This document shows, in pieces, positions 1-12,248 of a stretch of 64,000 nt of DNA (positions are counted from its first letter, which is position 1; each line of letters opens with the position of its first letter). The stretch lies in assembly GCF_000181795.1 (NCBI RefSeq), contig NW_003526941.1, forward strand, positions 5,619,053-5,683,052. The letters are read 5' to 3'. The notes beneath the pieces are model-generated. The model did not search any database. It was not told where the DNA came from and worked only from the letters and a program-made list of their open reading frames with translations. The stretch is from Trichinella spiralis. Taxonomy: Eukaryota. Made by a program: the position numbers and the translations under genes.

Positions 1-200
1 AAAGCACCAGTATCAACAATAGCACTTACAGCGGATCGTGGGGGAAGGGTTCACACATGCACAACACTGATCGAGGGGAAATGCGCAGGGCGCATTGTGT
101 TTTTATGTAAATAAACAAACAGTAATATATTATTATTAATTTGTTTACTTGTTTACTTTTCCAGTTTGTTGAATTGATCTATTCCTTTTCTGTTGTGTAG

Positions 201-354
201 GCAGTTTGAAAACGGCCGACGATCTCGGCGCCATACCAAGCTTAAGCAATCGACGATCAATGTTGGAACAATCGCAAGAAGGTCGAGTGGAGCGAAAATC
301 ACAAATCGACGTCGACTTAACTCAAGCTGGCAAAGTGAAAGACAAACTTAGTCG
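201..354 (+). CDS. Orphan internal coding exon, probably part of the LIM/EPLIN-like gene
   Basis: Acceptor tgtgtag|, donor |gtatga, open frame (S)SLKTADDLGAIPSLSNRRSMLEQSQEGRVERKSQIDVDLTQAGKVKDKLS(R); phase 1 start, phase 2 end. Confidence 0.55.
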
Positions 355-802
355 GTATGACGGTGATATTGTTTTATTTTTATTTATTTATTTTGCATCT
401 TTATTCCCTAGTTGTCTGTTTACGTTTTTATGTATATTTGCTTATTTTTATTGATTATTTTTGAAGCTTTGTCGACTGGGCCAAATGTGGAGTGATTTTA
501 TTCAACAAAACGAAAGTTCGTCCACTTTATATAACTTTTTTGATTTCCTTTTTATAATTCATGCGATCGTCTTATTCGGACCTATTGATCGTGCAAACGG
601 ACGGATCGAATTGCATAAAATGAACAAGCAAAATCGACTGCGATCGTAAAAAATAAACCGCCTACAATATTTTTTAAAAATTGGAATATTTTTGCCATTA
701 AGCTTCTGTGGATGGTTTAACTCTGGAATGTGAACGCAAAACGAACCGCTCTGCGACATTACGCTAAACAGTGCCCCTTTTGCAAGGGGGGGGAAATGGC
801 TA

Positions 803-812
803 NNNNNNNNNN
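803..812. other. Assembly gap (10 N)
   Basis: N run. Confidence 0.99.
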
Positions 813-1544
813 TTCATGATGTTCCTGTGAAATGTTCAGATTTTTATTTTATCCCAATATCTTACTGATTTATTTTTTTGATGCGTGAATCGATTATTAC
901 CTTCCCGGTGTGTTTCACTCGCATGAGTGTACATTTATGGGACCGGAGATTCTCTACCTACGATGCATAATCAAAATACTATCACATTAAGGGCGCGACT
1001 CAAGAAAGGGCTACCCACCACAGCGTTACTATCTTTTCGTTTCTGAAACTCTGTTTCCACAAATGATTCGCACAGTTTTGATATATAAATCATACATAAA
1101 TATTCCACTCACTGCTTTGTCTTCCTCAGCAGATCACATTAGTGAACCCCCATGATCTGATATATTCAGAATAATCTTCCATCTACGCGTTCATGTAAAG
1201 GTCAGACATCGAACCTGCGATTCTCAATTCTCTGCGGGAAATGGCTATTTTTTTGTGCTTGAAAATTGATTTAACTGCTTTCAAGCACTATGACTGATAT
1301 TATCACTAATCACTTTTTTTCGTATAGATCATACTGATCTAATCGAGTGTTTTGGTAATATACCGCTTCGATTATTACACCACTACATGTGCTTTTATAT
1401 AAAAATCAATGAAGGTAACTATTGAGCTGCACACCGGACTGAATGCAAAAACTGTTTCTTCTTCTTCCAATACTCAGTATCTGACTCCACATTAGATTTG
1501 AATCTAATCGAAGACTGTAGATCGGATTATGATATTTTTACCCT

Positions 1545-1554
1545 NNNNNNNNNN
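1545..1554. other. Assembly gap (10 N)
   Basis: N run. Confidence 0.99.
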
Positions 1555-2855
1555 TATAATAAGTAGAGTTTGATTGTTCCCAATTTTTCATTAGCATTTT
1601 CGTCTATTGATTAATAACAATTTGTTACGTCCTTTTACCATCAAAAGAAAAAACATGGGGATGTATTTATAAATTTACTTCTTTTTCTATTTCATCATTC
1701 TTTCATAGTGATAATTTGTTTTTCATCCTAGTGAATGAAAAATAATATGTAAATTAGGAAAATTATTATTGGATGTTGTTGCTTAATTATATGATGATGC
1801 TTTTATATATTTTTATACACTGACATTTATTTTTCTTTTTCTTTTAAAATAAAAGTAATTTTTTTATATTTCAAATCTGGTGCAAAAGAGATAATTTCAC
1901 TCCATTGAGGTCAATGTTGAAAATCTGACGGCAAAATTATTCTAATTTATCATTTTGTCATCTTCTTCGGCTGGCTGCAGTTTTATATATAGTTGTGTAT
2001 AATTCAGCATACGACAGATGGTAGTTCTGATTACTTGAATTTAACATTGGATGATATTTTTTTTCAAAAAAAAATAAAGAAAACATTCTCAACTGTTCCG
2101 TTATGATTGTGATTTTTGTTCATTTGGTTGTCTGGTCACTCAGAAAGAATTATTAATATTATATGCAAATCGAAAGAGCAAATATTTCAAAACTTTCACC
2201 AATCAGAGCACGAAACTGAAATTCTTTCCATAATTAAATAGATATTATATAAATAAATGTTTGTTCATTTGATTGCATATTTTTTTTTCTAAATTTATAA
2301 ATATATATATATATTCTTGTATGATATTTTAATTATGATTATAATTGGAAAATATTTGACTTTTTCAACATTTACTATTGTATTCCATTTGATTCAATTA
2401 ATTGTCAAAGTCAGCATTATTCCTTCAAGCACTGCTGGTATTGTTGCCGGGGGCGGAGCCAGATTCAAACATTTTATTACAAATGTGTGACAGTGGTCAT
2501 TTTTATAATCGTTCGATTCTTGTTAAGCGCACACACAATTTATTGTTATTTCAGGGTGACATGCATCGGAAAATTTTTTTCTTTGCTGTTGCTGTTGTTG
2601 TTGTTGTTCAAGTGTAGCATTTAAAGTGAAGCAAATTTATGTTTAATTTTTTTAATGTATTCACTATTACTCGAATCGAGCATGAATTATCATATTTTTC
2701 TTTGTTGTGTGTAGGCGTAGGCGTGGGATTCAGTTTGTGTAACATTTTGCTGTGGAACTGCAGTAGTAGTAGTAGTAAAAGCAGCAGTAGCTTAACATAA
2801 TAATTATTCTGTTGTTGTTGTTGTTGTTGTTGTCCACATGCTTTGCACTTTTCAG

Positions 2856-4438
2856 AAGTCGACTTTTCTTCTGACCGACGGACGAAACGAAGCTAAACAA
2901 CCACCGGAAAAACAAATCCCAGTTGAAGGTTTAGGCAAAGAAAATCTGGTCAATATCACTTCAACATTTGAAAATTTCAAAGATACAAAAGTGATCGAAA
3001 AAGCTGAACGTACACCATTGACACTTGTTGATAAAGTTTGTTTTGTTGATTTAATTGATTTCATAATGCATAATAATTGAATTTAATAGGAACGCTATTC
3101 ACAGTATAAGCAGAAATTTGAAAATATTGAAGAAGAATTGAAAGAGAAAAAACGTGAAAAGCAGATTCTCAAAGAAGATATCAAAGGTGCTGGCAAGGAT
3201 ACTTTGAATCAGACGAAAGATTTGTTCGAACGTCTCAAGGATGCGCCATCCCAAGATGCTGCTGCTGTTGAAAAGAACGTCGAAAAAAAATTGGATATCA
3301 CTTTGAGTGCGGACGATAAAAAGCGTATCAAAGAAACATTCTTTGAGGTGAAAACAACAAGCAAATTATAAATTTAAATTATTATTTTTATGCAAATAAC
3401 TAAGTAATTAATTAATTAAGAGTAAAGAAAAAGATGAACCGCACGAATGTAGCATCTGCGGTCAGGTGGTTTATCCAATGGAAAAGTTGCAGTTGGAGAA
3501 AAAAGTTTTTCACAAATCATGTTTCAAATGTTGGAAGTGTAAAAAAACTCTCAAGTAAATCGAGTATCATTTTTTATATTCATTTTTCTTATTCAATTTT
3601 ACTTTTTTTTCGAAAACAGCGTCCAAAATTACAATTCACACGAAGGTAGATTGTATTGCAAAATACACATGATGCAACTTTTCCATCCTGAAGCGGCCAT
3701 CACCGACGCAGCAGCTGATGATGAACAACAAGGTATATATCAATTTTTTAATTTGTTTTTTTTAAATAATCATTTGATTTAAAATGTTTCTCCAAATAAC
3801 CAACCCCGTTACCTCTCTTCCTTTCCTTTCATCTTTTTTTTTCTTGCTGTCTGTCCTCTATTATTAGCAAGTCGCGACAATTTATTGAAAACTTCTATAA
3901 AATCCATAAAGACTGAAGCTTTACACATTTTAAACACATCTTTCGTCCATTTCAATTAAATAATGCACTGCACATTTTGAAGAAAACATTTTTTGAAATT
4001 ATTTTACGAAAAGCACGTTTCGCGTCATTTTCAATGAAAAATTGTTTCATGATCAAGAAAAAAGCACTACGTTTTATTTTAATAAAAAGAACAATAAAAA
4101 TTTTGCAATTTTCAATTTGAATAATGGCAATCAATCATCAATAGATAAATGGAAGTTATGCAATTTGAAATTATTCAATTTCAATGTTATCTATCTTCTT
4201 TTTGTTTCAAATTTCTTTTTGCATTTTTTTTTGATTTTGTGATCATAGAGATAGTATTTGATCGATTTCCAAACGGATGAGTCATTTTTTTGCTTGTTTT
4301 TTTTTATTTGCTTTGTTATTTTGAAATAAAAATAACGCGAAGGGCAATTTTTAGACGTCAGTGCAACCGACAGTGATGAAGAAAGCGACTATGCAATTGT
4401 GCGGCGTCCGAAAGCGCTTGATCCCAGCGTTGTGAAAA
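2856..4438 (+). CDS. LIM-domain protein, EPLIN/LIMA1-like, partial. Exons 2856-3035, 3090-3347, 3421-3554, 3620-3732, 4355-4438
   Basis: GT-AG introns keep the frame. The spliced product contains a LIM double zinc finger CSICGQVVYPMEKLQLEKKVFHKSCFKCWKCKKTLNVQNYNSHEGRLYCKIHMMQLF, preceded by charged helical segments ending in FE-like motifs. Confidence 0.85.
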
Positions 4439-4778
4439 GTAATTTTATTTTAATTTTTTTTTAAAATATTAAATATTTTTGTTAAATAACAATTGAAATT
4501 AGTACTTATTAGTAGAGTTGTTTAAAAAAACAAAACAAAACAAAATACTGAATGATTGTCGCAAATTTCAAAAATTCATCTCTTCAAATATGCATTTTTA
4601 TACTTTTCATTACGATTTTGCATTGTAAAAATGAAACAGTGCCATTTGATGTAGTTGTTATGGATTAGTAATTATTCTATTATTAATAGATTCATCGATT
4701 GTAAAGAATCTATATTGTTGCAATGAAGTTTGAATTATTTGAAATGAATTCAGTTCCAATTAATATTTAACTGAACAA

Positions 4779-5232
4779 NNNNNNNNNNNNNNNNNNNNNN
4801 NNNNNNNNNNNNNNNNNNNNNNNNNNNNNNNNNNNNNNNNNNNNNNNNNNNNNNNNNNNNNNNNNNNNNNNNNNNNNNNNNNNNNNNNNNNNNNNNNNNN
4901 NNNNNNNNNNNNNNNNNNNNNNNNNNNNNNNNNNNNNNNNNNNNNNNNNNNNNNNNNNNNNNNNNNNNNNNNNNNNNNNNNNNNNNNNNNNNNNNNNNNN
5001 NNNNNNNNNNNNNNNNNNNNNNNNNNNNNNNNNNNNNNNNNNNNNNNNNNNNNNNNNNNNNNNNNNNNNNNNNNNNNNNNNNNNNNNNNNNNNNNNNNNN
5101 NNNNNNNNNNNNNNNNNNNNNNNNNNNNNNNNNNNNNNNNNNNNNNNNNNNNNNNNNNNNNNNNNNNNNNNNNNNNNNNNNNNNNNNNNNNNNNNNNNNN
5201 NNNNNNNNNNNNNNNNNNNNNNNNNNNNNNNN
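4779..5232. other. Assembly gap (~454 N)
   Basis: N run. Confidence 0.99.
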
Positions 5233-8200
5233 TCATATCTGCTATTAAATTAGTAAATATAATGCAAATAATGTTTGGTATGTAGCTATCGCGCACTATG
5301 TGCAATATTTACTCAGAAAATGGATAATTGCAGTAATTTTTATTGTATAATGAAACAGAAAAATTAATCCAGACGATGACGGCATGGTCGGTAAACTTTT
5401 TATTGCAGAAATATGGAGAAAATGAAAAAAATTGTGAAGAAATTTGAGTAAGACAAAATTGTTTCAGTTACAATTATATTTTTACATGTTGCGTGGATTT
5501 AAGGTGTACATTTGTATGCATGTGTGCGTGTGCGTGTGTGTGTGTGTGTGTTGTCTAAATGACACCAGATAAGAGATGGAATGACAGCAAATAGAAATTC
5601 AATTATCCGATAGGAACGACTCCGACGACAAATGGACGTTTTGAATCTCCGGGCCCCGGAACCGTCCACAATCTCCGTTCCTCTTCAGGACATGGAGATG
5701 TTCAACATTGGCAAATCGATTCCCGCCATTCCACTGCGACCAATCAACGGTCGACAAATCTCGATGCATCTTGTGACGATGAATTGGAAATGTTTCCTTT
5801 GCTGGGAAATTTTTTCCCATCGAACAAGCATTCATACCGATAGAATGAATTTAATTTTTCATTCAGTGAACAAATTTTGAATTTGAACTGAAATTTCCTG
5901 GTCATCATTTTATTTAACAGTGTTGTTATTTTGAATTTTTTTGGCCAATGGAATGTTGCTTTTGATGGTCGATTGGTTACCATCTTCGGGTATATTGAGG
6001 CAGCTGGGCACCGTTTTGGTTGTACACGCCGTATTGTTGGCGTTGATGCGTTTTCGGTCCGACGCCAGGCTGGCAGGGAGGAGTTTATTCCAGTTGGCCT
6101 TTTTCCATTTCTTAACCGTGCTCATCCTCTACACCCTGACGCACATATTCGTCGCTGTTGTTGGCCACTTTGTTATTATGAAAATTTCCCTTTAATTTTA
6201 TCCCTTTCAACGGATCCCATGATGCTATACATTGGAACGTTGGTTCAATGAATGGAAAACATGGACGGTTAAGGACTGGCCAGGTATGTATGTACGTATG
6301 TATGTATCTTTATTTCTTTTTTTATTTTTATTTGATAATATGGCTGTTTGATTTTGACGATGACGACATTGATGGTGTTTTGTTTTTCCGCATTTTCTCA
6401 GCAATTAATTTAGAACAGATTGCTTTGATTGTATCAATTAATTGCTGCACTTTGAGCAGAATGCAATGCAATATATATTGTTATTTACTTTGTCGTTTGC
6501 ATGGGTACATTATTATATGTGCATATATAGATGAACAGCATCGATATATTTATTGCAAATTTAATGCAAAAATAAATTAAAAGTTTGAATTTCTCGCGTG
6601 CGCTATTTTTTAATTTTCTTTCAGTGTTTGGAAAGTTTTTTTTTGCAGAAATTTTGCTCGATATGGTTTTTGAAAAGCGTTTTGCACTGTTTTTGTTATT
6701 AATGGGTAATTATGAACAAATGAATGGTGAAATCGACGATGGCAGGCGACATCTTCAACATGAATAGAAAATGGGTAAGTGGTGGTGATGTTGGTGGATA
6801 GGCAATGGATTTTGTATTTGGTCTGTTGCTGAAATTGATTGACCGTGAATTTCATGACCACAAGCTATACGTGAATTGATGAAGCTATAAAATTGTGATC
6901 ATTTCTTGTCTGCGGGTATGGTGAACATGAGAGAGAATTATGTTAATTTATCCGATCCAATTTGAATTTATATACTTGTGGCTTATTTATTATTTTTATT
7001 CATCCATTCATTTATGTATGTTATTTTGTTTTTTTTTGTCGAATGAAAATTCAATGAAAAGTTATTGCTTTTTGCTTGTGAGGTTGTTATTTTTTATTCA
7101 TAACCGTTTCCATTTTACAGCAGGCAGTTAGTTGAAACAGCGATGGGAGTGAAAGCGAAAGCAAATTGATTGTCTGAATTTTTATTTATTAATTCAACTT
7201 TTGATATGCTTTTCCGGCTAACAAGAAGATGACGACAATTTTCCAATGAATACTAAATGATCAGATTCGTAGATTCGGCGCCGATTGACTTTCGGCGAGC
7301 AATTTTGTTTGGTTTCATTGAATTCTATTCTAAAGTTCTAAAGTTCTACTGTCGACGATTGGTCAGCGGTTAATGAGCAACTATTGGTGCAATTTTATTT
7401 GTTAACAGAGGAAAAAAAGAGCTTATTTCCGTCTGTTTAAATTATATTTTGTAAGGCAACTAGAATAAACAAAAATTATTACATGTGAAAAATATTATCA
7501 TTCTTACTTGCGGTTAGCTGTTGAGTTGTGTGTTGATTTTTACACTTTCAGTGTCGATTTTACTCGATTGTCAAAAGAGTTGATGGCATTTTTCAAATAA
7601 GAAAAAAATCCAATTCCCTGTTGAATATCCAATTCCAATGAAGAGCAAATATCCCACAATGCATGCATGCAATTTTTCTCTTTGACTGGGGTCGAAATTT
7701 GATTTTCACACAACCAATCAACACAACCGCTACAAATAAGCTCTTCAAACAAAGCAATCTGGTCGGGCAATCTTTTCGACGGTGAATTGTAATTTGTCTT
7801 TTGGAATTTTTCGTTTTCTTTTGCAAATTCAATTTCACAAACGAAAATTTTACGTTAATTAAATTTCTATTTTTATGAACTTTAAAAATTTCCATTTATT
7901 TCTGTGTATTCGTATATATTGTTTTTGCCTTTCTCATCTCCTTTGGCAATAGAATGATATAAATTTTTCAATACTGACAAAATTAATTGAAAAACTTTAA
8001 TTTTTAAATAAAAAGAAAAAATTTTTTCACTTCCTTACTGTCGTAATTGAACAAATGCGCTTGTAATTGTGTGAATGTTCAACAATTGGAAATGTAAATA
8101 ATTTTGCATGACAATTATTTCAACTGCCAAATAGTTATGATAAATTTTTCTTCGATATAATTTTTAAAAATGTACATAATTTGGTGCCCAAGTTGTAAAA

Positions 8201-8513
8201 ATGTACTTGATTATTATTTAAAATACTGTATCGATGTCTGCAATTTGTAAATTCGAATCGTAAATCTGTCGTAATTGCGGTGGAATTATGTAGTACAAGT
8301 GAAAATTCATCTTTATTTTGGTATTGTTTGTCAAAAAGAAGGAAAACAACGAAAAGCACCATTGCAGAACAACAACGTGTAATAATAAATAAACAAGCAT
8401 GTTTTCAACATCTTTATTGACACAATGGTTGACAACGTTGTAATTTTCTTTTATCACTTACCAGTGAGTAATTTTCAATTGATAAAGAAATATATTGCTG
8501 TGAACATTTGAAT

Positions 8514-10082
8514 ATGTTTGGCGTTCTGGTGTTTTCTGCCAGCAAGAGGTTGATCTTGTTGCACATGGATTCTCGTTTGGAATCTGCAGTCGACGAAAGC
8601 ATGCCCTTCGAATTGTCCAATACAAAGCTGAAGGTCGAGTTCAGCTTTTTGCCGTTGCTTGTGATGGCGGAAATGTACGAAATTTCCCACGGCTGTGCTT
8701 TGCAATCGTTGTCAAGTGGACAATTGCATGTCAGTTTCATCTTTCCACCCGTCGGATATTACACTGTGTTGATAGTGACCAACAGTCGACCAGAGGCTGA
8801 TCGTTGGACTGATGTGGCAGAGTTGGCTTTGCGGATCGGTCTGGGTCCTCGGTTGCAAAGACCAGTGGTCACTGAACAGATCAAACTGATAGTGTCGACT
8901 TTGCTTGAATCGGCCGAACAGCAGCTTGTCATCGGACGACGAACAAGTGCAAATTATGAATATTTTCGAACAATGCTTACTTGTTTTGGGGATTCGTTGT
9001 ACAACAATCACGGCTTTGGTTTGCTTGTTTTCGACGGTGCCGGTTTTCATGGTCGAGACGCGGATCGCTGGGATCCCGTGGAACTGACGGCGTTGGTTTC
9101 GTTGGCACGTCGATTTTGTCCCACAGCAGGATGTGGTGTTCAGTTGAAGTTGTTTCTGAATTCACCAAACCACCGACCCACCGAACCACTGCTTCACCGC
9201 GTCTACATCCACCGGCTAATGGGACAGTTTTACGCTTTCGCGTTAGCTCGCATGCCACACGCGGCTATGATCGATCGTCTGGCGGAAGTTCGACTGCAAA
9301 TTCAGCACCTGCTTGCCGAGGAAAGCATGGATACAACTGGCAGAACAAACCTGTTGAAAGGTACGATCGGGATGTTGGGTAAATTGTGTGGTGATTTGTT
9401 GCAGTTGGAAATTGGGGTCGACGACGACGGTGATATTAGCCGCATAGTGATGGATTGGAAGTTTTTGAAAAAATTCCACACTGGCAAGAAGTTGCGTTCA
9501 GATGCTCAGATGTTGGCTGTGCTGTTGGATCGATTGGAGAAGAATATTGTAAAATTGATTGAAAAATTCGACCGCGACATTGGGCGGGAAAAACTGAACA
9601 CTTTGTACAGTTTGGCGTCTGTGTTGGAGGAAGGAATTTGTCGGCTGGATTTAGTCAACCCTACGTATGAGGTCAGCAACTATCTGGATGCCGACGCTTG
9701 TTTGTTCGGCTTGCTTGGAACGGCTTGGCAAATCAGATTTGGACCGCCCGAATTGATCGACGACTGTATGCTGAAATTGTTGTACTGGAAAGAATCCCAA
9801 CTGACTCGGACGAATATGCTTTGCCAATGCACCGACACTAATGTGTTTGCGATCATTCGATTGGATGTTATTGTCCACCACAAGATGAAGCGTTGGTGGT
9901 TTGACATTTTCAAATTGACCAAAAAGCGAAATACTGAACTCGTGACCAATCGCTTTTTTCTGATAGCCTCCTACGCGTCTCATGTCAACCCTACGTTGGC
10001 CATGGAGCAGACCATTTGTTTGGCTCAACATTTGACCAACGTGTTCCACGAATGTTGGTATTCGAAACTTGAAGTGATGTAA
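8514..10082 (+). CDS. Single-exon HPS1-like (BLOC-3 subunit; Mon1/Fuzzy/HPS1 tri-longin family) protein, ~522 aa
   Basis: Long uninterrupted ORF with raised GC; first ATG at 8514. Motif order resembles HPS1 as I recall it: N-terminal VLVFSASKRLILLHMD, then FLPLLV, WDPVELTALVSLARRFCP, FLNSP..PLLHRVYIHRL, and C-terminal FFLIASYASHVNPTLAMEQTICLAQHL. Confidence 0.65.
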   Translation: MFGVLVFSASKRLILLHMDSRLESAVDESMPFELSNTKLKVEFSFLPLLVMAEMYEISHGCALQSLSSGQLHVSFIFPPVGYYTVLIVTNSRPEADRWTDVAELALRIGLGPRLQRPVVTEQIKLIVSTLLESAEQQLVIGRRTSANYEYFRTMLTCFGDSLYNNHGFGLLVFDGAGFHGRDADRWDPVELTALVSLARRFCPTAGCGVQLKLFLNSPNHRPTEPLLHRVYIHRLMGQFYAFALARMPHAAMIDRLAEVRLQIQHLLAEESMDTTGRTNLLKGTIGMLGKLCGDLLQLEIGVDDDGDISRIVMDWKFLKKFHTGKKLRSDAQMLAVLLDRLEKNIVKLIEKFDRDIGREKLNTLYSLASVLEEGICRLDLVNPTYEVSNYLDADACLFGLLGTAWQIRFGPPELIDDCMLKLLYWKESQLTRTNMLCQCTDTNVFAIIRLDVIVHHKMKRWWFDIFKLTKKRNTELVTNRFFLIASYASHVNPTLAMEQTICLAQHLTNVFHECWYSKLEVM

Positions 10083-12248
10083 TTTGTTTCATTTTCAATT
10101 CAACTGCAGTGCTGCTCCGCCCGCCTTACGTGCAAACGGTAAGCATGAACTTGAATTTTTCTTACTGTATTCTAGTATTGATCTGACGTGTAGCACCTCG
10201 AAGAGTAATTAATGTTTTTCTCATTATGGTTGTTCAATATGGACGAATTGAGATGATCAAATTGAAGAGTATTTCAAATGGAAAACATTTCATTTTATAG
10301 AAATTGAAATATCATATTTCATAATTCGAATTCATCATAACAGAATTGTAGTTATTGTTCTAAAATATTTTTTCAACTAGATGAAAGGTTGTTCTGTAAA
10401 AATGTTATGCTTTTTATTTTTTCAAAAATTTAATAAAGAGTTTAAAAAATATGTATATATGTATAATCGATAATATCAACGGTTGTTCAATATGTTCAGT
10501 GGAAAAAAGAGACAATTAAACATTAATTACTCTTTGAGGTGGTTTAAATTTGAATCTCTTCTACTTTTCGATAATGTTTTGTCATTGGCATTTTGCAACG
10601 TTTTGTTGATTTTCTAATTCAATAATTGTCAATATCGTCTCTTTAAGAAATGATCTCATGAATACTGGTGGCAGTGTTAATTTTTGTCAGTGGAAATTTA
10701 ATTTGTCAATATGTGTAATTTTTGATTTTCTCATTTGATTTCATTTTAGTAATAGGAAAAGGGATAAATTTCATTATTTCAACATTGTGGGAATTTGTTT
10801 TTTATTGTTTTTATGCGTATAAATGAAAAATATATTTAAGTCCATTCGGTGTCGAAGAAAAAGTCGGTTTTTGTGAAGAGAAGTTTTCACAAGAACACGA
10901 AGATTGGCCAAATGATGAACAAGTGGAAGAAGAAAATGAAAATTTATTTGAAAAAAAAGAACTAATTTTATGTGGAAGATGAGGGAGCAGTTCTTTTTAT
11001 TTTTCAAATATTCCAAATTTATGGAATATTTGGTTGTGATGATGATGGGGGCAGCGTTGCCATCGGCGTTGCCATTGTCCAGTGGCGCTTTTGCCGGCAG
11101 CTTTTGTCTCGTTGGACGTCTGTCGGAGGCGTGTGCTTGGCTCTTGAAATTGGAGTGAAATTTGATTTGTCGTCAATGTGGATAGAGAGAATGACCACAG
11201 CCGGGCATCAGTGCGGCGGAAAAGCACTCCTGGTCAGAGATGATGGCCGTCAACGAGCTTGTTCTTGTTCCTTGCCCAGCGGCGGACCATCAATCCGCAA
11301 ACGACAATGCCAATTTGTCCATCGACCACTTTGTTCGGGTTCTGTTCCTGGACGCTTGAATTTGCAAAAATTCGACAAACATTATTTATTCATCGATCTC
11401 TTCTCGTATCATCTGCATCATCAAGGCTCGGGATTTTGCACCTTTCCGGGGGCGAGATTCTATTTACATTCTCGCCAGTCATATTTATTAATATTATCAT
11501 TGCTTGCTCGGTGGTTGTGAATAGCCCCAGTGAAAGCAATACTACTATTATTATTATTATTATTGGATATTTGCTTGTGTAGTTGGTTGTGTTGTTGTTG
11601 TTGTTGTTTTATTTTGGTGCATTTTCAAAATTTCACCGTTGAGCGTCGTGCTTGTCGCTTTCGGTGATTTTCAAATGCCGATCGGCTGTCAGCAATAATT
11701 GCAAGCTTACGTATTCTGTAAATCTGGTTTGCTTTTGGTTGCAGTTGTGGCTTGTGGCGGCTGATTTGATTTTCACTTTTGCTGTTCTTCAAAAGTTTGA
11801 AAAAGTTGTTGAAAAGTAAGAAGAAGAGGGAATAAGTTGGACGTTGAAATTCAATCTGGAAAGCAGATTTGCCGCAGTTGACGACTACGGCACGCTTGAC
11901 TGGAGAAATACTGAACCACCAACAGCAACAACAACAACAGAACGTGTTCAACACTTGGATAAGCGCTAACGTAAAAGAAGAATAAGCAACAACAAGAGTG
12001 AATGGGAACGAAAAAAATTTTTTCATTTCTCCTTTTTTTATGAATCATTTATTAATTACTGGAGAATATGATATTTGTTGATGTTATTGTTGTGATGATG
12101 ATGATGTATACGGCAGAATTGGGAATCTATCAACTGTTTGTTGTGAAATGAAGCAAATTGAATCCACATTATTACAATTATTCGTTTGATTTCATTTTTG
12201 GACAAATATCCTTCTTCTGCTCAACCAAAATCTCGATTAAAGCTTGAC

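Noticed and set aside
4760..5305. 181-aa minus ORF
   Set aside because: Artefact of translating through the N gap
8414..10049. Multiple overlapping ORFs inside the 524-aa ORF
   Set aside because: Shadow frames of a GC-richer coding region
10110..10138. Possible extra exon (ctgcag|..|gtaagc) extending the HPS1-like ORF
   Set aside because: The implied intron is only about 31-36 nt and the ORF already ends after the HPS1-like C-terminal motif
10970..12048. Several 60-180 aa ORFs in a GC-richer patch
   Set aside because: No recognisable domain or consistent splice structure; more likely promoter or 5' UTR of the HOT gene
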